Shown piece by piece: positions 1 to 11,759 of a stretch of DNA of 64,000 bases. A program made the translations under genes and the position numbers. This DNA comes from an uncultured delta proteobacterium (GTDB lineage Bacteria; Desulfobacterota; Desulfomonilia; Desulfomonilales; Desulfomonilaceae), in contig CAWBKB010000003.1 in the NCBI GenBank assembly GCA_963789265.1, forward strand, positions 864,001 through 928,000, in the 5' to 3' direction. The notes beneath the pieces were generated by a model. That model had not been told where the DNA came from. It ran no database searches and saw nothing but the letters and a program-made list of their open reading frames with translations. Every line of letters starts with the position of its first letter. Position 1 is the stretch's first letter.

Positions 1-2
1 CC

Positions 3-884
3 GAGAAAGAGACATCCTCGGGGGATGCGGAATCTACAACGGAACCGACTGTTAAAGTAGCGGTGGTGGGCAGGCCCAACGTCGGCAAATCTACCTTGAT
101 AAATCTCTTGCTGGGGGAAGAAAGATTGGTGGCAAACCCGGAGCCGGGCACCACAAGAGATGCAATCGACACTACAGTGCGCCATTACGGCAAGGAATAT
201 CTTTTCATCGACACCGCCGGCATAAGGAGACGTTCCCGCATCGTGGATCGTGTTGAAAAGTACAGCGTCATCAAGGCATTCAGAAGCATAGATCGAGCTG
301 AAATTGTTCTCGTAATGCTGGATTCGAGAGAAGGAGTAACCGAACAAGATGCCCGAATTGCCGGATATGCCTTCGAGAAAGGGAGAGGGGTAATACTGGT
401 GCTCAACAAATGGGATCTTATTCCGAAAGACAGTACTACCGTCGACAAATTCATCGCTCATGTTAGGGATTCTCTGAAGTATCTGCAATATGCGCCTATA
501 ATTACCATCTCGGCATTAGAGGGGACCAGGGCGGTCAAACTCTTCAACTTGATTAACGATATTGAGACAAAGTTCCGCACGAGGATAAACACCGCGGAGT
601 TGAACAAATTTCTGGAAGTAACATTGCCCTCTCACCCTCCCGGAATGCACCGCAAAGGCAAACGGATCAAAATCTACTATATGACGCAGGTGCGGGTCGC
701 GCCTCCGACGTTTACTCTCTTTTGTAATTATCCCGAGTCCATTCATTTTTCTTATAAGCGATTCCTGGAAAACCGTTTGCGAGAGACTTTCGACTTTGAC
801 GGCTCGCCACTGCGTCTGGTGTTCAAGAAACGACTGGGAAAATCGTTGGATCAAGCCCGGGCCCATAAGAGGGCTTCGGGGTAA
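3..884 (+). CDS. der: Ribosome biogenesis GTPase Der (EngA), 5'-truncated by window edge: second G domain plus KH-like tail
   Basis: GRPNVGKS P-loop, GTTRD, DTAGIRR, NKWD motifs and C-terminal KIYYMTQ...PPTF..F...Y.RFLEN.LR..F.F.G.PL; frame open from position 3. Confidence 0.95.
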   Translation, partial: EKETSSGDAESTTEPTVKVAVVGRPNVGKSTLINLLLGEERLVANPEPGTTRDAIDTTVRHYGKEYLFIDTAGIRRRSRIVDRVEKYSVIKAFRSIDRAEIVLVMLDSREGVTEQDARIAGYAFEKGRGVILVLNKWDLIPKDSTTVDKFIAHVRDSLKYLQYAPIITISALEGTRAVKLFNLINDIETKFRTRINTAELNKFLEVTLPSHPPGMHRKGKRIKIYYMTQVRVAPPTFTLFCNYPESIHFSYKRFLENRLRETFDFDGSPLRLVFKKRLGKSLDQARAHKRASG

Positions 885-1057
885 CCCGCTTGGAACGGAA
901 TACAGTTCAAGCCGGCTGACTTGCGAATTCTGGAGAGAATGCCGAAATATTTGATGTGAGCATTCAGGAGTACGATTACCGCCAGTTGCGTCATCGATTC
1001 GCAGGCCGGAACATTTTGGGACAAATAACCGTGCAACATGAACAGAAAGTAAAAAGC

Positions 1058-3241
1058 ATGTCACAGCCGCTTGTGGGTCCGGGCGGCAAGCCGATAGTGC
1101 GATTCGGCGAGATTCAGGACCTCGTCAAATCTTATTACCCGGATGCCGATCTGGACCTGATTCGAGCGGCCTACGTCTATTCCGCGCAAGTTCACGTCGG
1201 CCAAAAGCGAATATCCGGCGAGCCCTACCTTGTGCACCCTGTGGCCGTGGCAAGCATCCTTGCTCAAATGAAGCTGGACGAAGCCTCGGTTGCAACCGGT
1301 CTTTTGCACGATACAGTGGAGGACACACTTACCACCATTGAGGACCTGGAGCGCTTCTTCGGCAAAGAGATCGCTACCCTGGTCGATGGCGTGACAAAAA
1401 TAAGCAAGATCGAGTTTCAGTCAAAGGAAGAGCGGCAGGCCGAAAATTTCCGCAAAATGATTCTTGCTATGAGCCGCGACATCAGGGTGCTTTTAGTCAA
1501 ACTGGCTGATCGGCTTCATAATATGCGTACGCTTGATCCCATGCCAATCGAGGCTCGGAAGAGAATCGCGGGGAAACAATGGAGATCTACGCTCCTTTGG
1601 CCGCGAGGCTGGGCATATATTGGATGCGGACGGAACTCGAGGACCTCGCATTTAGATACCTTGAACCCGAGCGGTACAACTATATAAAGACTCGCCTTGA
1701 CGAAACAATAAAGCAAACCGAAGAATACGTTAACAATGTTCTGAGAATCATTCGTGAGAAATTGGCGCAATATAACATAAAGGCCGAGACAAAAGGTCGC
1801 TACAAAGAGATTTATAGCGTCCATCATAAGATGCAGTCCCAGAATCTCGAATTCGATCAGGTTCACGACCTTACCGTGTTCCGTATCATCTTGACCAATG
1901 TCAGCGAGTGCTATGCCGTTCTGGGCCTAATTCATTCTTTGTGGCGACCTGTGGCCGGCCGGTTCAAAGACTACGTAGCCATGCCCAAGAGCAATGGCTA
2001 CCAATCTCTCCATACTACGGTCATTGGGCCGCAAGGGGCACGTATAGAAATACAGATACGGACCTATGAGATGGATCTTATCGCTGAAGAAGGGATTGCA
2101 GCCCACTGGTCGTACAAAGAGGGAAAGGTTGTTGATGCTGAAGATGCCAAGGTTATTACTTGGTTGCGCCAGATGATGGAGTGGCAGCAGGACCTGGACG
2201 ATCCCAGAGAGTTCTTCGAGAACGTGCGGGTGGATCTTTATCCGGATGAGGTCTACGTCTTTACCCCTAAAGGAGAAGTGAAAGAATTCCCCAAAGGGGC
2301 CACCCCCTTGGATTTTGCTTACTCCATCCACACTGAAGTGGGGCATAGGTGTGTGGGGGCCCGTGTCAACGGGAAGATGGTCTCGCTGAAGTATCAATTG
2401 AACACCGGAGACAGCGTCGAGATAGTCACGTCGGTGCACCAGAAGCCCAGCAAAGACTGGCTCAAGTATGTGAAGACGGGGCGGGCCAGAACCAAGATCC
2501 GCCATTTTGTTCTCGCGGAGGAACGGGAGCGCGCGATCGAGATGGGGAAAGACAGCGTGGATCGCGAACTCCGCAAGTGGCGCATCGACTTGAATCGGGC
2601 CGAAAAAGAAGGCCAAATCCTTGAGGTCGCACATGAGTTCAGCTTCAAGGGCGACGAGGATCTCTATGCTGCCATTGGGTACGGCCGACTCTCCCCCAAG
2701 GTGGTCATTACAAAGTTAGTGCCGCCCCAGGAGCGGGAAAAGGCCAAAGCTGCCCTCACCGAAGAAAAACAGGTCAAAAGGGAAACGCGGCGCGACAAAA
2801 AGCGGCGTGAGGGTCCAGGGATTGGCCGATGTGATGGTCAACTTTGCGAAGTGCTGCAATCCGCTGCCGGGCGACTCTATCTTGGGATTCATTACCCGAG
2901 GCCGAGGGGTGACCATACATAAAGAAGACTGTATAAACCTTCAGACTACCGATTCGAAGAGGATTGTTGATGTGAGCTGGGACGAAAATCAATCCTTCAG
3001 CCGGATCGTGAGGCTGGGCATCGAAACTGAAAACAGGACCGGCATGCTCGCTACCATAAGTGGTGTATTTTCGTCGAACGATTCGGATATTGTCCAGGCC
3101 AATGTTAAGACGCTTAGTGACCATCATGCGCAGGGGATCTTCATGGTTTCCGTCCGGAATTTGGAGCACTTAACACGTATCATGAACGCGCTGCGAACCG
3201 TCAAGGGGGTGGAAAAGGTCGAACGCCTGGGAATTGTGTGA
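1058..3241 (+). CDS. relA: Bifunctional (p)ppGpp synthetase/hydrolase RelA/SpoT, split by two apparent frameshifts (~1572, ~2800)
   Basis: HD domain (SGEPYLVHP, LLHDTVEDT, KLADRLHNMRTL) in 956..1687; synthetase and TGS (KSNGYQSLHT, EIQIRT, ATPLDFAYSIHT) in 1579..2922; AKCCNPLPGD and ACT domain in 2807..3241; shifts at GGGG and AAAAA runs. Confidence 0.92.
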
Positions 3242-3425
3242 CCGGGCCGATGACCGTCATTGTCATTGCCTAGGTTTTGGTCCGCTCGCCGGGCCGGCCT
3301 TGCAAATGCAGGAGTTGCCGTTTTGAACCCGTTTCTGAAAACCGCCACGCCCTGAGCCCAACAGCGACCGCTGCAAAGCGATACAGACAAACTTGAAAGA
3401 GCTTCAGTAAGGCGGAGGGCAAACC

Positions 3426-3645
3426 ATGATTGAGCCACACGAGGGCCAGGTAATCATCTACCGCGACGGAGCCCTCAAGCTTCAGGTCCGACTCGATGCT
3501 CAGACGGTGTGGCTTACTCAGGCTGGCATGGCCGAGTTGTTTCAGACCTCGCCGCAAAACATAACTATTCATATTAAGAGCATTTATGCGGACCGAGAAC
3601 AGGATGAGACAGCAACTTGTAAAGATTACTTACAAGTTCGCACCA
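3426..3645 (+). pseudogene. N-terminal fragment of RhuM/virulence-family protein
   Basis: GQVIIY...LQVRL..TVWLTQ..MAELFQTS.QNIT.HIK.IY...E....[10 protein letters not shown] matches RhuM N-terminus; similarity stops at ~3645. Confidence 0.8.
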
Positions 3646-4180
3646 GAGACGCATCATCTATGACAAGGCCCGTATGGTGGACTTCGAGGAGCCGGATAAC
3701 AACGACTGGCTGGCGGTCAACCAGTTCACGGTTGTTGAAGGCCAGCACAGCCGCCGAGCAGACATCGTCGTCTTTCTCAACGGTCTGCCTCTGGCTGTCA
3801 TCGAACTCAAGAATCCGGCCGATGAGAATGCTACTATCTGGACGGCGTTCAACCAACTCGAGACCTACAAGTAACAAATCCAATCGCTATTCTCCTTCAA
3901 TGAACTGCTGGTTGTTTCTGACGGGTTGGAGGCTCGTATCGGGTCAGTGACAGCAGGCCAGGAGTGGTTCCTGCCTTGGTGTACCATTGAGGGCGAAGAA
4001 TCGGCTCCCGCTTCAATGCCACAATTGGAGGTGCTTCTCAGAGGAGTCTTTGAGAAGAAGCGACTACTGAATTTCCTTCGCCATTTCATTGTCTTTGAAG
4101 AAGAAAAAGGGAGAGGACTGGTCAAGAAGCTCGCAGGATATCACCAGTTCCATGCTGTAGGACAGGCGGTCAAGGAGACC
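3646..4180 (+). pseudogene. hsdR: Internal fragment of type I restriction subunit HsdR with in-frame stop (TAA 3872-3874)
   Basis: [65 protein letters not shown] motifs; no native start and truncated before the helicase domain. Confidence 0.85.
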
Positions 4181-4644
4181 TTCAGCTTCACAAGATCCTT
4201 CTTCTTCTGTAGCCAGTCTCTTCCCCCCCTCAATGACTTGGCATAGGGGATAGGGCTGTCCGAAAGGATTCCTGCTAAGTCGGCGAGAGGTTTCTTCAGG
4301 CCTTTCCAGAGTCGTTGATCAGTGCCCAGCACAGCTTCTAGTTGATCGAAGAATTGTCTGAGCAAGTCTTCATGACCAGAGAACCACCAGGGATTGAACC
4401 GAACGACAGTCGGCTGATCCATCACGGGCATGTAGTATAGGTAGTGAGTGATAAAATTGATCAAGGTCGTCTTGCCGGTACCCCATGGACCATGAATGCC
4501 CAGAACTAGACCCTCTGTAGGGGTCATTCGGTAAATGGCTTCTGCAACAGACTTTGCGAACGGAGCATATCCGAAACGATCCCGGGATTCAGGATGTGTC
4601 GCAGCCTTGTCGCTGAAAAGCATGTGGAATCTCGGCGTAGGCAT
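4181..4644 (-). pseudogene. N-terminal fragment of KAP-family P-loop NTPase
   Basis: DRFGYAPFA, VLGIHGPWGTGKTTLIN Walker A, VRFNPWWFSGHEDLL; ends abruptly against the HsdR fragment before Walker B. Confidence 0.85.
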
Positions 4645-4767
4645 ATATCACACCACATGGTCGGTTCGGGTCCCCGAAGGGAAGATGAACCTCAGGTAGC
4701 GAACTCCTGCGTAAGCGGAGGCTCAATCATTCGGGTTCTTGATCATGCGCATGCCCGAAGTTCTGTG

Positions 4768-5124
4768 TCAGCGGTCTGGAGAGATGTGATACACTCTCAG
4801 CATCTCATCCCCATAATGGTTGATCACTTTCACAGCAATCTTGCCTGTCTGCGGTCGCTTGAAGGGGCGGCTCTTGGTTCGGTAGAGCTGATCCCAGGCG
4901 TCTTCGTTGATTTCTGCTTTGAGTGCTTTAGAGAGTTTTTCGTATGGTCGGTCAGCGCCGGTAAAATAAGCATGGCGCACAAAGAAGCTCTCACCGTTGT
5001 AGTTCGTGTCGATGAACCAGCAGGCGATGTCGTCAGTAATCCCTTCCTCGGAGAAGCGGAAATGACGAGCGGGTTCCTTGTAAGGAGAGTTGATTACGGG
5101 ATTTTCAATGATTACCTGTTTCAC
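4768..5124 (-). pseudogene. Chimeric remnant: N-terminus of a type III-like restriction endonuclease fused in frame to the C-terminus of its DNA methyltransferase
   Basis: MKQVIIENPVINSPY.EP.RHF resembles Res N-terminus; DDIACWFIDTNYNGESFFVRHAYF...GKIAVKVINHYGDE resembles methyltransferase C-terminus; only 118 aa in total. Confidence 0.75.
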
Positions 5125-5271
5125 CCTTTGATCCTTTCCGCAATCAGTGCGGCCGGAAAAAATTACACCAGCACAGGTTTCTAAGACCAGGAAAATCCTC
5201 GTGCGCTAAAGGTTTTCAGGCTGCTCGGGTGGGTTCCTCATCAAATCCCGGGAGTGAATCAGAACTAATTG

Positions 5272-8200
5272 CTATTGTTCTGACCTAATGTTCTCAAATG
5301 GTTCCAGGCGGATATCAGGAGATCCATAAAATCCTCGCACTCTGAATGTGGTTGTAAGTATCTTTCCGTCCTTGGTCAGGAGATTGCCGAATAGTCCGGA
5401 AACAATTGTGTCCAAGCCGACCAGAGGGGATACATGGACTTTGAAATCTACGCGTTTCTGGTTGCCGAAATACATTCCGGAAGCATTTATTCTCGCGGCA
5501 TCAGATGCCAACTTTAGGTCTTTGACCCTCCATTTGTCGTCAAAGACCGCCATTGTCCAGGTCAGGCGATAAAAAGGGAGCCCTTCCGACATTATGTCGG
5601 GAAACCTTCCCCGCACAATGGAACCGAGGTTAACTACTGAAAATAGCTTCGAAAGAATTTCGAAGCGGTGTATGACTCCGTCATGAACGCGTACCTCAAC
5701 ATTCCCGACTTTGTACACTCCTCCATTTTCCCTTTTCGGACCCGTCTTCCACTCTAAGTGGCCTTCTGTCAGGACTTTGCCTTCTAATTGGGCTTTGTCG
5801 GGGTCGAAGAGCATCATTCTCTCCATTTTCAGGTGATCTCCCTGAAAATCCAGAGTAAGAGGCTTCGATGTGTTTGCCCTGACGTCAAACAAAGCGCTGC
5901 CTCGGAGGGTCCCATCGGCAAAATTCATTTGCCATGCCGGGGCCCTTATCAATCCTCCCCTCCCTACAAGATTGGTCTTGAAATCCGAAAAAGTCCTCCA
6001 CTCCGTCTTCCCTTTAGCTATTTTGAGAGTTCCGATTCCTCTGCTTCGAGCTAGAAACCTGATTAGGAGGTTGGTGCGAATCCATTCACTCCAAGTGACA
6101 TTGCTGACATAAGCGGGAGGCTCTGTAAAATCAGTTGTATCCATGAAGGAGAAATCCAGGACGATCTCGAGCTTGGGATTATAAATGTCCGAGATCGAGG
6201 CCGTGCCGGACGCTAGTGAGCTGCCGACCCTTGCTCTTTCCATATTGAGGTCAACGGATTTTCCTCGCCAGCGAACGGTGCCGGTTAGACCCTCCAAGCG
6301 CTTATGCATTCCCATGAGACGAAGCGATACATGATTCAGCGCCAAGTTTGCGTCAACGGACAGGTCTCGGCACCTCTTCGGTCCAAGCCGAATGACCGCA
6401 TCCCCATCTATTCGCCCCCCTGGCTGAAATTCGAGAGTTGGATCCAGAATCGGGACAAGAGTGCCGGTCGGTACCCCCTTTGGGGGCAGATTTATCGACG
6501 CGACAATCTTTCCCTGATTATCAAAGGTGGCCTTGGCTGAAATCCGGCTTGCCGGGAGGATCAAATAAGCTTCTTCTATCTTGACTCCTGCCTTATCTCT
6601 GAAGCCCGAAGCCTCCACAAGGAGAGGGACTCCAGGCTTTTTCTTGATGATCGGGGCAATACGCAAACCATTGCCCTTAAAATCCAAGCGCGTGGAAAAA
6701 TTCATCGCCGAAGGGCTGCCGGTTAGTTTCATGGATAGCGGTATATGGTTGGATACCACCCAACCGGTGGGCATCAAATTCAGTTTCTTCAGGTCGTTGG
6801 GAGCCATCTTCAGTTGGCCTGAAACATCCATTTTCCCGGGAAAGATCTCTCCGCTCACTTCGGTTGCGCTCTCGCCGATCGTGCCTTTGACAGCCGAAAA
6901 GGTCACACCCGACGTGCGAAATCGCAAAGTGCCGTTGATTTTCTTAATCGGGAGCGGGAGTCCGGAAAACCGGCACTGAAAATCGTCCAGCACCACGCGT
7001 CCCTTCATATTCGGATGACTCAGATTGCCTTTTAGATCCAGAGTGACCGCCACACCTCCCTGCGGTTCGGTAATCCATTCTGACCACGGCTCAAGGTGGC
7101 GGGAAATCAATTTATTTTCGATAATCGGTCTCAAATCCTCAGCGCGGGCCGATAATGTGATGAACAAATCGCTCGTAGGCGAGGTCCTCAAATTCGTTAT
7201 CCAGCCGTTCAGTACCGATGGGGGAACTACCGACGGTCAGGCTGACTCCTTTGAACAGCATTTCATTCGCGTTAAGCCTCATTCGGCCCGTGGCGCCCCA
7301 CACGGGTACGCCAATTACGGGTACGAAGCCGGATATGTTGTCCAAATAAGCGTCAACCGTGAGCGAACCCCCCCAGTTTCGCTCTCTGAAGAGATCCGAC
7401 ACCCTGCCGGTCCAAGCACCCCCGGTTACCAGCAGATGCCCTTTGAGACCGGCTGCGACAAGCCGTTCCCGATCTTCCTTGCGCATCAGGTTTAAAGGAA
7501 TAAACGGAAAGAATTTCTGCAGGTCCAAGTCAGCCTTTCTCAGGGCTATACCGAGGGCTGGATCGGTTGTGGATAATCCGCCTATCGTAGCTCGGCCGGA
7601 TAAGCTGAGGCCGGGAAGCATCGCTTCAGAGACGTCAATATGCAGATTGTCGTTAAGCCGCTTCAAACTGAACTTGAGAGCGGCTTTAGCAACCGGCGCT
7701 TTGCCCCGAAAGGTGCGTCCCGGGAGCAAAACAGCCTGATACAGCGCCAAGTTACCTTTGACCTTGAAGGCCGGTGTTCGACCCGTAATCTCGGCAGTTC
7801 CGCTCAGGATGCCCGCCGAAAATGGAAGATCGTACCGGGTATATGCCGCGAGCGCGCAGAAAGGAAGTATAGGACAAGCCGACATCCGCACCCGAACATG
7901 GCCGCGCCACTCCCCCCCCTTAAATGGCGTCGAGTCTACGCGGCCCGAGACGTCAAAGAGGCCGGCCCTTTCACCTGAAGTGGCGATCCCCTTAATAGCT
8001 AAGTCCTCAGCGCCTCTAATAGTAAGATTCCGAACACTCAGTTGAATTTTCGAGAACAAGACCTTCTCGACATACCGATTGCCCAGAGAATTTCCCAGAA
8101 CCACGCGGCCTTGAAGCAACTCAAGTCGGCGTATAACCGGATAGAGCCGGAAGGCCGGGGCGTGCCAATCCGAAATGGTAAGCGCAGACGCGCCTTGCCT

Positions 8201-8692
8201 GATCTCAGGAAGAAAGATCGTCGACTGGAAAAGCTCCAGTCTGTTAATTTGCAGGGATCCGGAGAGAAAAGGGAGTGCACTAATTTCAATCACTACTTTC
8301 GGAACATTAAGCAGCAGCGGAGCGCCAGGCATCTCACGGACCTTGAGGTCGTTCAACGAAATCCTTGCTCGTTCCAGAGACAGCCAGGACAACTTTGCTG
8401 AGGAAAATGAAATACTTTTGTCAATTGAGCGCCCCAGCCGGTGAACGGCTATGCTTGCAACGGCATCGCCCGAAAGTCCCACCCTGATGAAAACCAAGAT
8501 TCCTGCGCATAGGAAGACGAAGCCCATGACAAGCAACAGAAGTGCTGCCATGATACGCCTTCGCAAGGTCGGCCGAGTCGCAACAGTTGAGGAGAGGTTT
8601 TCGCCCATTGAAGAATGCACGGGGTCAGTCCGGTTAGCCGGTGTCAAGTTTTCGGCAATTTGGGGAGAAGACAATGGAACAAGAATAGGCAA
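5272..8692 (-). CDS. AsmA-like/YhdP-family envelope protein with apparent frameshift at ~7215 (start uncertain, possibly 8608)
   Basis: N-terminal TM anchor, long beta-rich body, AsmA-like C-terminus (V.VSPLVGLD...F.VRG....PDI); ORFs 7139..8692 and 5272..7191 join by removing one base. Confidence 0.75.
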
Positions 8693-8937
8693 TCACGCAT
8701 CCGACACGCTCTTCCTCATTCTAATACACCTATTGCCGAATCCTTGATCCCATTTGCGGGAACGTCCCAGGGCCTCGTCGGGGCACTCCATACGTCAAAA
8801 GAAGCCTTTGTCCCGACGCCGGGCCACCATAGGTCGCTCCTTCAATCTCGATTTGTGTTTCCACGAGAATGATGAGGAAACACCTATTGAAGTGAGCTTT
8901 CCGGATCCCTTAAACGCGAATCAAGGAGGCTCCAGCC

Positions 8938-9273
8938 TCACTTCTCGCGGCGGGTTTGTTTCTTGAGCCGTGATATTTTCCTTCTAAGTATATCCAAGCG
9001 AGAACTCGCTGCCCCCTGGGCCCTTTCCTCACCCTTCACCTTTTTGAGTTCGGATATCTTGGCCTTTATGTCGCGCACGCCTGTGGCTTTTTTCTGCGGT
9101 GGCTCTTCGATGCCCTTTGCCTTTCTCAAGACTGAGAGCAACTCTTCTTTATTCATACCATGAACGCCTTGAACATCAGGGACTTTCAATGCCTCTTCAC
9201 GCAATTCCTTAATAGTCCATCGTTCCAATGGCTTTTCTTTCTTCTCTTTCTGTTCCTTTTTCTTTCCAGCCAT
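8938..9273 (-). CDS. Small basic protein with Rho-termination-factor N-terminal-like domain
   Basis: WTIKELREEA...GVHGMNKEELL..L motif; GGAGG RBS upstream. Confidence 0.7.
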   Translation of the reverse strand: MAGKKKEQKEKKEKPLERWTIKELREEALKVPDVQGVHGMNKEELLSVLRKAKGIEEPPQKKATGVRDIKAKISELKKVKGEERAQGAASSRLDILRRKISRLKKQTRREK

Positions 9274-9460
9274 TTATCCTCCTGTCCGCGCAAGTCGTTT
9301 GTCTAGCGAGACGAATTATGATCGAGAACATGCAGAAATTCAACCGCTTTTTCTAGCACGGGAATGCTGATATGTCTACGGCCGGGGGCAGAATCGGTCA
9401 TGTAGTCGATTGTCCAGGTCGGGCCGGAGAGAACTCAGCACTGTCCAGCTATTCATGGAG

Positions 9461-10819
9461 CTAAGCGATCTCCTTCGGATCAACGCCTTCTTTTCGGCTT
9501 CGAATGTCGTGGTAAAATACCACCAGAGACGCCGCGCCGAAGAGCCCCCCGATGAGTCCCCCGATACTGCTCAACAACTGCTGCAGTACGTTTCCGACAA
9601 TCCGAGATTCAGGCATCAGCGACGCAATTATTGCAGCCGGCACTTGGAAAATGAGGGTAACGGCAGCGCTTATGAGCACAAACAGAATCAGCAGAAGCGC
9701 CAGTCTTGACAGGTATCTTCGAGGCCATGCTGCGGCTGCTTTTCCCGTTAACAGATGCCAGCTTCTTTCCAGTGCACTTATATAAGCTGTATCCTCGATG
9801 ATGACGACTATGTCGGAGAGTAACAACTTCGCAATGACGTACAGCCACAGCCCCGCCAGCATGGGCCAAGTTATCGCGGACCACCAGCCGGAATGGGTGA
9901 ATTGACGGAAAATGAAGAACAGGGCCGCGCCCAACAGCATAGCCAGCAGTAGTGCCGCGCAGGTCACGACAGCGAAAAGAATAGAAGTTAGAATGTACCT
10001 ACCCAGCCTCGCCAGTGCAAAACGATAAGCGTCCCCCACACGAAACTCCCGACCGTTGTGAACCGATGAAACCGCATGAATCAGCGCGCCCTGGGAAAGG
10101 AAGAACACCGCTACCACCACCACGACCACCGACGGGATTACCGTGATTCCAGTCGTGATCAAGACCCACGAAGGTATGCTGCTGAAGGTTCCCCAGGTTA
10201 GACCCGCAACCGCCACGATTATAGCTATAGTTAGACAGAGACTTGCCATAGCGAGGTACGGGATGCCGACTATTGCCAACAACTTCCAAAAATGGGACCG
10301 ACAAATCTGAAACGTTCGATCAATGATGCCGCCGAGCGATAAAGGTTGAATCGAGATCCCTTCCTCGCCGGGAGGGCCTGCACCGCCAGTTCCACCCTGA
10401 GCCTGGCGATGAGAAAGCTGTTCGCCTTCTGATCGCGCCGGCATGACCGGGGGAGCGATTACGTCGTAAGAACTTCTGCCAGGCTCATCCGGCTCTGATG
10501 ACCGTTCTTCTTCGAGAAGCTTGGTCCCAGGTAAAACTTGGGTTTCGGCAAGGTCTATCGGAGCAGCCTCGGGAAGCGGTGGAGATACTTCGAGAGTAGC
10601 TCCCAGCTTTTCCATGAGCCGAACCAACCGTCCCGCGTTCTTGGCGCTGGCTCGCCGTGTCAAAGTCCACGGCAGCGATTCCATCCGTTTAACGGCTTTC
10701 TCCACTGGGAGGTTCGTTGTGATGCGAGAGAGCGTCAGGGCCACCTTTCTTTTACTTTCGTCATCCTTGACGCTTACCAGCACCAGAGTATGAAGAGGTT
10801 CGGAAGCTTCCGCGGCCAT
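9461..10819 (-). CDS. Membrane protein: soluble N-terminal domain, Pro/Glu-rich linker, multi-TM C-terminal domain
   Basis: PLSLGGIIDRTFQI...several hydrophobic helices...FYHDIRSRKEG.D, the pattern of RDD-associated membrane proteins; start overlaps RDD stop. Confidence 0.65.
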   Translation of the reverse strand: MAAEASEPLHTLVLVSVKDDESKRKVALTLSRITTNLPVEKAVKRMESLPWTLTRRASAKNAGRLVRLMEKLGATLEVSPPLPEAAPIDLAETQVLPGTKLLEEERSSEPDEPGRSSYDVIAPPVMPARSEGEQLSHRQAQGGTGGAGPPGEEGISIQPLSLGGIIDRTFQICRSHFWKLLAIVGIPYLAMASLCLTIAIIVAVAGLTWGTFSSIPSWVLITTGITVIPSVVVVVVAVFFLSQGALIHAVSSVHNGREFRVGDAYRFALARLGRYILTSILFAVVTCAALLLAMLLGAALFFIFRQFTHSGWWSAITWPMLAGLWLYVIAKLLLSDIVVIIEDTAYISALERSWHLLTGKAAAAWPRRYLSRLALLLILFVLISAAVTLIFQVPAAIIASLMPESRIVGNVLQQLLSSIGGLIGGLFGAASLVVFYHDIRSRKEGVDPKEIA

Positions 10820-11454
10820 CAGATCTCCTTTCGTCTCATTCGTTGGGCGGGCGATTCCGATTTTTCATAGACAGCTTCACTGCCGGCTGGGCGTGATTCG
10901 GCAGAAAATTTATAGGCGGAGGGCTCTTCGAACTCCGGTTCCATAATTACAGTGGTCCGTGCTGCAAGATCGCCCAGGCGTCGGTTGCGTGAATCTATGA
11001 ACATAATCACGAGTCCCAAGGGATATATCTGACCCAAAATGTCAATTGATCGGAAGACGTTGCGAATCAGGGCATGAACAAAAGAAATGGGGCCACCGTC
11101 TTGTCTCACGACCCGGATCCGTTGAGATATCTTCCCGGGCGTTGCACCGTTCCACAGATATTCGAACGCGACAAAATAACCCGTAGTTATTATCTCAATT
11201 CCGATAATTACGGAAACGATCGGCCACCAGCCGAAGGAATTCTCAAGTTCAGGGAAGAAGTCCAAAATCGATGCAGGTTTCCCGGTGAAGATGAATACGA
11301 GACCTGTTATAAAAAGTAGATCCAAAACTACGCCGATCTGGATCAGTATATCGATGAGATATGCTATTGACCTCGTTCCTATACCGGCCGGTCGGAATTG
11401 AGGCTCCACGTATACCGATGCGTCCACCGTGAGGGTTTGATGATTTTCTTGCAA
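10819..11454 (-). CDS. RDD family protein
   Basis: AGIGTRSIAYLID, YF..FEYLWNGATPGK...IRVV, IRNVFRSID, RRLGDLAA.T.V. Confidence 0.85.
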   Translation of the reverse strand: MQENHQTLTVDASVYVEPQFRPAGIGTRSIAYLIDILIQIGVVLDLLFITGLVFIFTGKPASILDFFPELENSFGWWPIVSVIIGIEIITTGYFVAFEYLWNGATPGKISQRIRVVRQDGGPISFVHALIRNVFRSIDILGQIYPLGLVIMFIDSRNRRLGDLAARTTVIMEPEFEEPSAYKFSAESRPAGSEAVYEKSESPAQRMRRKEI

Positions 11455-11759
11455 CGCCGCATTCCTGACCCAATATGATTCGCGACTGGTTACAGCCCGG
11501 GCAATAATATGTCACCTTTGTCGACAGACGCAAAGCGAAATGGCAAGGGGTCGACAGAGTGGTGACCGCCGGCACGAGTTTGAGATGATTAGCAAGACGG
11601 AAAGGTTTGTGAATCTCTGCAAATTGGGGGCTCCCGTACGCATCACTCTCTTTGGGGCAAAAGTATTAAAACATCTGATCTTTCTGCTTGCGATGATCCG
11701 TCTTCTTTTGTAGGTTAAAACCAGATGTTTCTAACTTGTATCCGGTGCCAACGAGGGCC

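Noticed and set aside
1560..2830. Programmed frameshifting or a naturally split relA
   Set aside because: No canonical slippery heptamer at either site, and the same indel pattern affects many unrelated genes
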